NCBI GenBank assembly: GCA_951406725.2
Contig: OX597817.1
Location: 146,568,001 to 146,632,000 of the forward strand
Length of the DNA stretch: 64,000 bases
Origin: Octopus vulgaris
Taxonomy: Eukaryota
Reading direction: 5' to 3'
Shown here: in pieces, positions 12,101 through 25,569 of the stretch
Position numbering within the stretch: the first letter of the stretch is position 1
How the letters are laid out: each line of letters begins with the position of its first letter
Position numbers and translations under genes: made by a program
The notes under the pieces: model-generated
The model's database searches: none
Seen by the model: only the letters and a program-made list of their open reading frames with translations
What the model was told of the DNA's origin: nothing

Positions 12101-15100
12101 AGTTACATTAAAGATCTACTTAAATCTTAGAACAAAACAATGAACTTACTTGGCTGACCAGGACAACTGTAATATTGTTGGTCTTGAAATCTGTTGTATT
12201 CACGAAATATTTTACAATTAATCTTGTCTAAAACCATAATTTTATAAGTGATAAAGGAAATACTGTCATCATCATCATCATCATCGTTTAACGTCCGCTT
12301 TCCATGCTAGCATGGGTTGGACGAATGACTGAGGGCTGGCGAACCAGATGGCTGCACCAGGCTTCAATCTTGATCTGGCAGAGTTTCTACAGCTGGATGC
12401 CCTTCCTAATGCCAACCACTCCAAGAGTGTAGTGGGTGCTTTTTATGTGCCACCGGCATGGGGCCAGTCAGGCGGTACTGGCAATGACCTTGCTCGAATC
12501 TTTTACAGAAATAATCAAGTTTTTCATTAAGTAGTTATTTGGAGCTCAGCAAAGATTGAAGATATGATGGAAGATTTCAGTTTAAATATGAACACATTAA
12601 AATGAAGAGTTTATATCACAAGACTAGAGGTGGTCTCATGTAGGCTGGTATCGAAATGTTTACAGAATCCTTTTGTTTGTATTTTCTACTAATTTCTGAT
12701 TCATTGCTTCTTTTAGTGGAAGTGACGCAGCATCTATCCAAACTCGAGCAACTCTCTCTGAAGATGGCAAAACATATTTACTTAATGGTGGCAAAATATG
12801 GATCTCTAATGGAGGCATTGCTGATGTCTTCACAGTTTTTGCTAGAACAGAATTGATAAATGATAAGGTATGATATTCCTTAAATTTATATACCATCTCG
12901 TTTAAAAAGGAAAATAAAGTAATCAAGTGTATAGGTGAAAGGTATGGCTGTATGGTTATGACATTTGCTTCTCAATGACATGATTTCAAGTTCAGTCTCA
13001 TTGCTTGGCACCTTGGGCATGAGTCTTCTATTATAAAAGACTGGCCAGCCAAAGCCTTTTGAGTAGATTTGGTTGACAGAAACTGAAAGACGCTTGCTGT
13101 GTGTGCGTGTGTCTATGCATATATCATCATCATCATCATCATCATCGTTTAGCGTCCGTTTTCCATGCTAGCATGGGTTGGACGGTTCTACTGGGGTCTG
13201 TGAAGCCAGAAGGCTTCATCAGGCCCAGTCAAATCTGGCAGTGTTTCTACGGCTGGATGCCCTTCCTAACGCCAACCACTCCGTGAGTGTAGTGGGTGCT
13301 TTTTACGTGCCACCCGCACTGGTGCCAGACAGAGCTGGCAAACGGCCACGAACGGATGGTGCTTTTTATGTGCCACCGGCACGAGGGCCAGGCGAGGCTG
13401 GCAACGGACACGAAACGGGGCGGTGCTGGCAACGGTTGCGAAACGGAAAGTTCTCTTACATGCCACCGGCACTGGTAACACATCTGCAATTTCCATTGAT
13501 CGATTTCGATTCTGATCCTCACTTGCCTCAACGGGTCTTCACAAGCAGAGTTTTGACATGCCACCGGCACTGGTAGCACATCCGCAATTTCCATTGATCG
13601 ATTTCGATTCTGATCCTCACTTGCCTCAACACGTCTTCACAAGTAGAGTTTTGTGTCCCAAGAAGGGAAGGTATGCATACGTAGGCCGGCTCCATCCCAT
13701 GTAGAAGGCCACGGGTTATGGACTCACTTGTCCTGCCGGGTCTTCTCGCGCACAGCACACTTCCAGAGGTCTCGGTCTCTAGTCATTTCCTCAGTGAGAC
13801 CTAAAGTTCGAAGGTCATGCTTCACCACCTCGTCCCAGGTTTTCCTGGGTCTGCCTCTTCCACAGGTTCCCTCAACCGCTAGGGTGTGGCACTTTTTCAC
13901 ACAACTATCTTCATCCATTCTCGCCACATGACCATACCAGCGCAAACGTCTCTCTTGCACACCACAACTGATGCTTCTTAGGTCCAGCTTTTCTCTCAAG
14001 GTACTTACACTCTGCCGAGTGTGAGTACCGGCATTACACATCCATCGGAGCATACTGGCTTCATTTCTAGCGAGCTTACGCATATCCTCAGCAGTCACGG
14101 CCCATGTTTCACTGCCATGTAGCATGGCTGTTCGTACACACGCATCATACAGTCTGCCTTTCACTCTGTGCGAGAGGCCTTTTGTCACCAGCAGAGGTAA
14201 GAGCTCTCTGAACTTTGCCCAAGCTATTCTTACTCTAGCAGTTACACTTTCAGCACACCCGCCCCCGCTGCTGACTTGGTCACCTAGGTAACGGAAACTA
14301 TCAACTATTTCTAGTTTTTCTCCCTGGAAAGTGACGGAAGTTGGTCTCAGAGCATTTTCAGTGTTTATTGTTCCTGAGCATCTGCCACATACAAAAACCA
14401 TCTTCCTAGTTAGCCTTCCTTTGACATTGCTGCATCTCTTATGTGTCCATAGCTTACACTTGGTGCATCTTATAGAGTTTCTACCTACACCTTTTCTACA
14501 GATCGAGCAGGGCCATCTACCTGAAGGTGTTTGTGATTTGTCTACCTTCCTACTGATTACGACTTTGGTTTTAGCTAGATTGACTCTGAGGCCCTTCGAT
14601 TCTAATCCTTGTTTCCACACCTGAAACTTCTCCTCCAGTTCTGATAGCGACTCAGCAATTAGAGCAAGGTCATCAGCATAGAGGAGCTCCCAAGGGCATC
14701 CTGTCTTGAATTCCTCCGTTATTGCCTGGAGGACTATGATAAATAGGAGGGGGCTGAGTACTGAGCCTTGGTGGACTCCTACCTCTACCCGGAATTCTTC
14801 ACTGTACACATTTCCAACCCTCACCCTACTAGCGGCGTCCCTATACATGGCCCGCACAGCTCTCACTAACCATTCATCTATCCCTAGTTTCCTCATTGCC
14901 CACCAGATAAGGGATCGGGGGACCCTGTCGAAGGCTTTCTCCATGTCAACAAAAGCCAGGTACAGGGGCTTATCTTTGGCTAGGTATTTCTCCTGCAGCT
15001 GCCTTACCAGGAATATAGCATCAGTAGTACTTTTCCCTGGCACAAACCCAAACTGCATCTCATCTAAACTAACTCTCTCTCTAATTAGTTGGGCTATGAC

Positions 15101-15528
15101 CCTCTCCGTAACCTTCATCACCTGGTCCAACAGCTTGATACCTCTGTAGTTATTTGTATCTAGGGCATCACCTTTACCTTTGTAGCAGTTGACTATTATA
15201 CTGCTACACCAGTCATTGGGTATGACCCCTTTGTGTATCACCTGATTAACTATACGGGTGACTAGGCTATAGCCGACACTACCAGACATTTTGAGCATCT
15301 CTGCAGTGATTCCTGATGGGCCTGGGGCTTTCCCTGTCTTCATGCTTCTAATTGCCTTAGCTACCACGGAACTATCAACTCGGATAGCTGGTCCCTCTGT
15401 TGGGTCAACATTCGGCAGACTCTCTTTATCCCATTCATTTTCTTCATTCAGCAACCTTTCATAGTGGCATCTCCAAACCTCTCTCTTTGCATCCTCATTT
15501 AGCGCAAGTGAACCATCTCGCAAGTGAA

Positions 15529-15586
<58 letters not shown>

Positions 15587-16011
15587 ATTATTTGAGGGAA
15601 TATTCCAAAATTACACGGAAAAATTCAATTTAGAAATACTAAATCAAATTTCACAAAAAAAATATATATATTTATAAATTAGAAAAAAACCACCTTTTAT
15701 CAATTCAATAATGAAAAATTAAATTATACCATTTAGAAAAATTACATGTTATAGAAAGATTAAATATAAGATTAAATATAAATTAAATATAAGATTAAAT
15801 ACAAGATAAAACATATAACAATGATTAAGTAATGTACAAAATAATAAATAAAATGTATATATTTGGTATATATACATTTTATTTATTATTTTGCTCATTA
15901 CTTAATCATTATGTTTTATCTTGTATTTAATACTTTCTATAATATGTAATTTTTCTAAATGGTATAATGTAATTTTTCATTATTGAATTGATAAAAGGTG
16001 TTTTTTTTCTA

Positions 16012-16057
<46 letters not shown>

Positions 16058-19000
16058 CTGTGTGTATGTATCTCCTTGTCTTGACATCTCGTGGTAGTTA
16101 GCAAGTGATGATGTCATACAAGCAGTATCATCCATTTCCAGTCTGCCATGAAAGTATGCCCTGCCAAGGTAAAATATTACCTTATCTGGAAACAGGTGAG
16201 AGTTGGCAACAGGAAGGACATCCAGCTGTAGAGAATCTGTTTCAGTGAATTCCTCTGACCCATGCAAGTATGGATGTAAGTGGATGTTAAAATAATGATG
16301 GGGATTCCTGTGAGGTATAATGGCTACAAGGTTAGGAACTATGTTACTACTGACTGCTGGCCACATACTCGTGTTTAAGTTTTTCTACAGTCATTATTGT
16401 GTTGCTGAGTGAGGCTCTTCTTCTTTTTCTAGTTTGTCTAATCAACAAAAACAGATTATACTACTGGTTGGTAATAGGAAATGCAAAAAGCTGTAAAAAA
16501 AACCTATTTCTTTACTACCCACAAGGGGCTAAACACAGAGAGGACAAACAAGGACAGACAAACGGATTAAGTCAATTATATCGACCCCAGTGCGTAACTG
16601 GTACTTATTTAATTGACCCCGAAAGGATGAAAGGCAAAGTCAACCTCGGCAGAATTTGAACTCAGAACGTAGCGGCAGATGAAATACCGCTAAGCATTTC
16701 GCCCGGCGTGCTAATGTTTCTGCCAGCTTAAAAACCATTGTTCTATTAAAAATCATCTAACGTGACTAAATATGAAAATATAGAATTGAAACTTGTTAGT
16801 AGAAAAGTTCTTTCCACAATGAACTTTGCATTTTGTCCTTTTGAGGTTGATAAAAAAAAAAAGTAGCAGTGCAAGGTGGGGAATCGATGGAACTGTAAGA
16901 ATGTTGAGCCAAATAGCTTGTAGTCATTGTCCTTCATATCACGTAGGTGCTTGGTGCAGCTCTGTGGCTCTCTGGATCCTGTCAAACCATCAAAGCTATG
17001 CCAACATGGAAAATAGACCTGAAATGATGATTAAGATGATTGTTAACAACTCAGGGATGAAATTAGAGTATAACATGTAGTTTGTCAACCAGACAAAACA
17101 GAACAAGTGTTATATTACAATACTATGTATTAGTGGAATGTGCAGGACGATATGGATATAGATCAGGGTCTTTGGTTTTCAACTTGCTGACAGGTTTCAA
17201 ATATTTTAACTCAAATTACTTCACGGTTTAGGTTACTACACTAATATTGGTAGTTTTTTAGTATAACATACTTCTTGTAATAGGACAAGTTGAATTTCAT
17301 CTTGTTTACCGATGAAACATAGTTCAAAGTTTTTAGATTAAAATTTTGTTTTAATTTTTTTCCCTATTTTTTGTTGTTTCAGCAATACATCTGAAGTATC
17401 AATTATGGCTTTATTACTTACTTTTTAATTACAGGGAGAAAAAGTAGATAAAGTGACTGCATTCATTGTAGAGAGGAATTTTGGTGGTATTACAAATGGT
17501 AAACCTGAAGACAAACTTGGTATTCGAGGCTCTAATAGTAAGTATTCTTAATGTTTGTGTGTTTATCAACATGACCAGGACCATAATGGTGTAACCCAAA
17601 ATTCTAAGAATTCAATGGAGAAGAGAATTTCTTGTTTCTTTTGGAGAAGTGTTTGAGTTTGTAGAATGGAACAGTTGAATGAGATCAATATCATTTATAT
17701 GGAATTTGTTTGTTAGGGAGCATCTGGAAATGTATTGTCATTAATCCTTTAACTGTGAAATTAAATTTCATGGTTATTCCAGTATTGATGTTAAATATCT
17801 ACCAAAAGATAGAATTGGTATTTTCTGCAACATTGGTTCAATAACCTTTACATATCTTAACAAGGAATTGTTCCAAACATGACATTCCTCAACAAAATAT
17901 AGATTGGTTTATAAAACTGCTTTTTCACAGTTCAGAGTAATGAAATTTTGAGTGGATATATCAGATTTCCACAGTAAACGGGTCAAGCTAAATCACTACA
18001 TGTAGTGTTTGTTGTGAATCTAGGAACAGAAAAATCAGTATGGAGAATAAGAATTGAAGTAGGAGGTTCGTTGATTAGATTTGGTTAGGTTTAGGATGGC
18101 CAGAATGATCTAAAGGTGAGAATCTGTTAATAGTGAAAGAAAAAAAGTTTTGTATAAGCTCACTTTCTCTTTTCTGACAATATGCCTATTACATGGCAAA
18201 GAAGTGTTTTTAACCCTTTCCATACCAACTGAAACCACCATCTGGCTCTATAGTACAAATGTCTTATTTTCATAAGTTTTGAATTAAGATCTTCCACCAA
18301 ACCTTAGTCACAATTTATGTTCTTAACATTAGCTTAATGATAACTAAGTTATTTTACTAAATTCTTCGTTATATTTAAAATTAATTGATAGAAACACTGA
18401 GCATCTCAAAATAAATATGGTAACAAAAGGGTTAAAATATTGGAGACTATTGCCAAATTACAATTTTTGATTGTATTAATGTCAATATTGAATTTGTTTA
18501 TAAGTAACCAAAAAGTACTTTGGTTTTCATTCCAATCATTATTATAATTTTTGTGAAATCTGTCCATCTTTATCTTAGCTTCCAGTTTGCTTTGCAACTT
18601 ACCCTCTCTCCATCCCTCTGTATGAGTGTATGTATGTACACAGACACATGTATTTCTTGACACTATCATTAAAGACATTAGAACAAAAATATGAACCTCT
18701 ATTCTGTCCATATTTCTCTATCTGTAAAATGACATCTGTATAGACATACATGTATGAATATGATAACAGTATTATCTGTTTGATTTATTTATTTATTTTA
18801 AGTATGCATGTATGCACACACACATATGCATACATGCATAAATTGCGACGATAATCTGGTGCATGACTGAGGATGGAGGGCTTCGAATGACCTGTCCTTG
18901 TGTTTTTTTGTATTGTCTCACTGGATGTTTTGTTGTCCCTTTTTGTATCACCTAGCTGTCTGGATGTTTTGTGTTCTTGTCCCATTTTGTATTTTATATC

Positions 19001-22000
19001 CATCCATCCATCCATCAATCAATCAGTCAAACAGACAGTTAATACTGTTGTCATATTTGTATATATATATGCTTGCTTGTTTGTTTGTCTGTCAACAGGA
19101 TCATTAAGAATCATTTCAATATTAGTTAACATGATACAACTATTGAAAATAAGAAATTTCTTGTTAGCTTTATAACTTAACTAATATTTTCAATGATCAT
19201 GTTTAGAAATTTACATATTTATCTGTGTACATACATTCATGCATTCTGGGAGAGAGAGAGAGATAGATGATACTGTTGTCATATTCTAAAGAATGTATCA
19301 GTGTGTGTCATATAGAGAAAGACAAAGAGAGAGATAGATTCATATTTTTACTTTCAATGTTGTTTTAAGCTACTTCTTTTAAAAGGCCTATCTTTCTATC
19401 TATCACTGTTTTTAACTTGAGCTCTCATCCAATACACAAGTAACCTAGACAACTCATATGCACTGTCCTCCTCAGTTTCCTTCATTCAGTTGTTTCAGAA
19501 AATAGCTAAATAAATATTTTCTTACAATGTGTTTTATATTTCTCAGCTGTTTCAGTAACTAAATTGACTCTTTAGAGACATGACACATCAGATTATGGCA
19601 ATGATAGTAGGTGATGTTAAAAACTAATATGTATTTTGGTCTATTAAATGTTTCCTTCATTTCAATATTATTTTACCTTCTTTTACTGAACTCTTTTTAA
19701 ACATATATACCTATGTTTCACCTAGGTAAAGTATTACTTATTTGAGGCATAAAACAACAGGTATTGATGTAACTGGAGAAATACAAAAAAATTCATGCCC
19801 ATCTTTAAGGTTTATTCGTGGTTATTTTTGACAAGGCATAAAACCAAGTTTTGTACAAGAAGAAGTGGTTGATTTCTATTAATTAATATTTTATTGATCT
19901 ACAGGGAACTGAAATTTGGAGTTAATTTTGATGGCATTTGAACTTTAACCAATGTAGAACTAAACTAGTTACAATAGAACATCTAGCATTATTTGAATTA
20001 TTTCTTCCACACTCATATTTTAAATACTTACAGAAGGTTTCCTTAAACATTGGAAACTTTTTGTCTAATAATACTTGCAAATATTTTGCTAATTCATGGT
20101 AATATTTTTGTTGTTTTGGCTAATGAATATAATTTTATGCTATTGATATTGCACCTCCTTTTCTGTGTCTTGGTTCTTTGGTTTATAACACTCCTTGCAT
20201 TCCATTGTCACGAATGCTCATGCCATTATTATTATGATGGTTTGTGGTAAACAATAAGGAACTTCAACTTTGAATACCACCTCTTCCAGGTGGTTCAGGC
20301 ATTCTATGGCAGTTCGAACAGCACAGTCCTGGTGTCTTTCTCAGGACAATAGTTGGAGTTCATCAAGGCTGTTTCATCTGCCCTGTACGTTTTAGTGTCT
20401 TTCTGGAATACATCATGCAAAGATGCTACATTACGTCCACATGTACATTTCCATTAAAGGAAGTTCTTTTGAAGCCTGTATTTTTCTGATGTTGTTGACT
20501 TAATGAGAAGCAGCAAAGCAGAACTCAGGAATTCACCACCACTCTTGAATGGTCATTAGGAGTATACAGAATTGTGTATAGTGCAAGAAAGAGCAAGGCT
20601 CTAACCAGTAACCACAACATGAGTACAGTAAGCAACATCATGCTGAAAGGGCAAACACTGAAAGAAGTAGATTCCCTTTGAGCCAAGTTGGAAGCTCAAT
20701 AAAGAAGAAAGAAATAAGACTTGTCTTATGAAAAAGTAGTTGCATCAGTTTTTTTCCCATGAAGCTCAAACGGTACAAGTCTCTGGTGAATTTGATTTTT
20801 TTGAATTGTTAAGTAAAAGTTGGTAACTTATAACTGATTTGAAAAATATCTAGCATTTGTGCACAGGTGCTTCAGAAGGTTATTAGGCATCATGTATACA
20901 GAGCATAAAACAGATGGTCTCCTCAGACAAGTGACTAAATATGCTGATGGGTAGAAACCACTCTTTGCTTCAGTGAAACACCCAAAGTTCACTTGGTACA
21001 TGCACGTATTGTGCTATGAGTCCCTTTCCAAACCCATTCTTTGGGGAACAGGAGGATAAAGAAAATGTAAAGTAAATCCTGATCTGATAACATCAATGAT
21101 TGGGTAGGTTTCACTACTGTGACCCTGCTACATGTGACAAGTGAGAAGGGATCAATGGCAGTTGCTGACTATTGGAGTATCTAGAACAGTGTTTGTCAAC
21201 TTTTTTACCCTTGCATAACCCTTAAGATAAACTACATATCTCAAGGAACCCCTGCACAAAAAAAATCATATACCATATCTTTCTCATATTTTTTCATCGT
21301 ATTTCACATGGTAAATATATACACATATATATATATGGTTGTATTTTTTTGATAACATAATAAGTTAGACAGGATGATGTCTGTACTACAATAACCAATA
21401 ATATGTTCTGCATGTATAGTAATATTACAATCATGAAATTAGCATTAGCTTATCTCACTCTTTCTCATGGAACCCCTTTTGCAGAACCCTAGGGTTCCAG
21501 GGAACCCCAGTTGAGAAATGCTGATCTAGAATGACATCTCAACAAGTGGCTGTCACTCATGGGAAGGCGATGATGTTTCATTGGGTGGTCTTTGATAAAC
21601 TATTTTCATGTCATACTTTTCCAGTTTGTTCTCAACATTGTTTTTACGTTTAGAAAACATTTACATGTCTAATACTAACCTTAAATGAACCTTATCAGTT
21701 ATTTGATTGTCAATATAATTACACTCTTAAACAGCCATTATATTTTATTAATGAACACCTACATAATTCTCATCATATTTTATAATTTCCTTGTTGGTTT
21801 TTTCTCCTTTGCAAACATTGTTTTCAATTTTTTACCCCCCTCTTTCCTGGCAACCTGCAGCTACAAGATTATCTTGTATAAAATGCTTATTACTCTAGCT
21901 CAGTGGTTCCCAAACTTGGAATCCTTATACATTTTTGTATTTGGTTTGCAAGATTCTTGATGTGATTCTTTGTTATGTCTTGGGAGGGTCATTATGCCAA

Positions 22001-23622
22001 TAATAGACACATGCACTGCTTCCATTTCACTACTTATTTGTCAAATGGTTAACCATTTAACTAATTAATTAAATGATTGCTTGATTAATTGTTCAGTTAA
22101 TCAATAAGATAGGTTTATCAAAGTCCTTTCATTGCCATTCATGACCTCATCAATGAAATGCTCTTTCCACTAGAGGTTAATTACCAGTTGATAAATAAAA
22201 GAAATAAAATAAAGAAGTGTAATAGAACCAGTGCACATTTTTACTTTTGATGTAATGACCCTCCCATGATACAACAAAATCCTTATATAATTTTCCAAAA
22301 ATCGCATGACCCATATATATGGTTTATGAATAACCCCTTACAACCCTAATTTTAATAAAGCATTGAATGAAACAAGAATTTATTTAGATAAAAATTTATC
22401 AATATGAAGTCAGAATATCTTATTATATTTTAAATGGTGAATACCATTTTCCTTTTTTTTATAAAATAAAAAAAAAAAGAAAATTTAATCAAGAAGCACC
22501 ATATTTTGTGGAATTCCAGAATTTTTTTTCCATTGTACTGACTTGGGTTACACTGGTCTAGTGGAAAGGGTGGGGTTTAAGGGGGAAAACATTTCAGAGT
22601 AATTTCCCACAACACCCCAGATATATATATATATATATTTTTTTTTTAAGTATATAATTATAAAATATAATTAAGGGCTCTGAGATGCCAGTACCTATAC
22701 GCTAAAAGTAGATGTCAAATACCTACAAGCCACTCTAAATTAGTTCTCTATTTATAACCCTAGGTCGGATGCAAGGTAATGAGCAAGAAGATTTACAAAA
22801 TTTCGGATAATCCTATATCTTAAGATTTCATGCTCTGCAATAGAAATTGCTTTGCAATCTTCGGTAGAAATACACAGATAAACTTATAAACAAGAAATAC
22901 ATATACATACCGATAAATCAATTTGCAGATACCAATATATATATGCATTTCCCATGTATACATTCCATCTATTAGCCAATAGAGAACAGATTTAGAGTGG
23001 ATTGTAGGTATTTGACATCTACTTTTAGTGTATAAGGTGCTGGCATTCCAGAGCCCTTAATTATAATTATATTTTATTATAACATACTTAAAAATTAATT
23101 TTACTGATACTGTAATTTTTTTTATACACTAGCCATTGATATAATCAGCTTAATGATTATATCCTTAATTTATAACTAATATATACATATATCTATCTGT
23201 CTGTCTGTCTGTCAATTTCCATTGTTATTTGATCAATGATAGCAAATACAGTAATTATATTAATTACATGCTTCTGTTCTTTTTACTGGTTTCAGTCATT
23301 GGACTGCGGCTATGCCGAGTCTCTGCCTTGTATACTAGAATGAAATTATATAAAGAGCGATCAAAATAAACAATGACCAGGAGTGTAACCATAACATAGA
23401 TCAAGTCTAGAAGCATTCACCGTTGGTAACCATGCCCCTAATTTATCTGGAAAATGTACATGTTTATGAATATATATGTAACACTTTTTTTTTTATAAGT
23501 TTCTTCAGTTTATTGCAACTTTTGCTTTTCCTCTTGAAACAGATTTGCTTTGGCCAGGCACAAAGCTACTCTTTTGTAGAAGTGGGTATAGATGATGGAA
23601 CAGTAGTGTGTATAGATGTGAA

Positions 23623-23674
<52 letters not shown>

Positions 23675-24829
23675 CATACACACACACATAACCAAGGTGC
23701 ATGGCTCAGTGGTTAGAGTGTCGGGTTCACAATCATGAGGTGGTGAGTTGGTTTCCTGGACGGGGCTGTGTGTTGTATTCTTGAGCAAGGCACCTTATTT
23801 TACATTGCGACATCATTGGTATCAAGCTGTATCACCCTTTGCCTTTCTCTCGGATAATATTGGTAACCTGGAGAGGGGAGGCTGATATGCATGGGCGACT
23901 GCTGATCTTCCATAAACAACCTTTCCCAGACTTGTGCCTTGGAGAGGAACTTTCTAAGTATTATATATAGGTATTGAGGTATGGCTGTCTATATGTGGAA
24001 ATATGCATGTATGAATGTGTGTGTGTATATATATATATCATCATCATCATCGTTTAACGTCTGCTTTCCATGCTGGCATGGGTTGGATGGTTTGACTGAA
24101 GACTCGTGAGCCAGAGGCTGCGCCAGGCTCAGCCTGATCTGTCAAAATTTCTACAGCTGGATGCCCTTCCTAACGTCAACCTCTCTGAGAGTTTAGTGGG
24201 TGCTTTTACATACCACTGGCATGAGGGCCAGTCAGGTGGTTCTTGCAACAACCACACTCAAAAGGTATTTTTTTACGTGTTACCTGCATGGGAGCCAGTC
24301 CAGTGGCACTGGCAATGACCATGCTCTGATGTTGTTTTTCATGTTCCTCTGGCACATGTCCTGGTAGGGCGACTCTGGCAACGATCACGCTTGAATGGTG
24401 CTTTTCATGTACCACCAGCACAGTAGCCAATCTGTGGCCCTGGCAACGATCATGCTTGGATGTGCTTTTAACATTCCCCTGGCACGAGTGTCAATCAGGC
24501 AGTACTGTCATTGGCCACATCAGCGATTTTGATTTGTTTTCACTTGCCTCAATAGATCTTTGCAAGCTAAGTTCATTGTCCAGTGAATGAGGAGAGCTCA
24601 TAAGTGGACCAATTACACCCCATGTTCAGATGTGCTTTTAACATTCCGCTGGTACAAGTGCCAATCAGGAGGTTCTGTCATCGGCCATGTTAGTGATTTT
24701 GATTTTGATTTCACTTGCCACAATAGGTCTTCGCAAGCAAAGTTTATTGTCCAGTGACTGAGAGGTATTCATAAGTGGGCTGGTTACACCCACTAGCATA
24801 GGCCATGGTCTCACTTGGCTTGTCAGGTC

Positions 24830-24882
<53 letters not shown>

Positions 24883-25155
24883 CATGGCTGATGCCACTAG
24901 AGACAATAGAACTTGCCATAGCCCTCTGGCTTGTCAGCTGTTGTCAAACTGTTCAATCCATGCCAGCTTGGAAAGCAGACATTGATGATGATGATGATGA
25001 TAGTTGCAGGCATAGCTGTGTTTGGGAAGTTTGTTTCCCAACCATATGGTTCTGGGTTCTGAGTTCAGTCCCGCAGCAATGTCTTCTACTGTAGTCTTGG
25101 GCTGACTTAAGCTTTGTGAGTGGATTTCATTGGCAGAGACTGAAAGAAGCCTGTC

Positions 25156-25188
<33 letters not shown>

Positions 25189-25505
25189 TGTCCTGACATT
25201 GTGTGATGGTTGTAAATGTATGTCACTGTCTTATATGTAGTGTCATTCATGTTCAATATTGTGTAAAAACATGTTTAACCAGGAGAGATAATTACCTTAC
25301 TTGGAAATTGTTTCAATCAGTTTGACTCTGGCCATCTGGAGCACCACCTCTAGTCGAGCAAATCGACCCCAGGACTTATTCTTTATAAGCCTGGTACTTA
25401 TTCTATTGGTATCTTTTGCTGAACCGCTAAGTTACGAGGACGTAAACGCACCAGCATCAGTTGTCAAGCAATGATGGGTGGACAAACACAGACACACCAA
25501 CATGT

Positions 25506-25569
<64 letters not shown>

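Noticed and set aside
14331-15149. + strand ORFs of 97 and 147 aa
   Set aside because: Antisense shadows of the RT ORF
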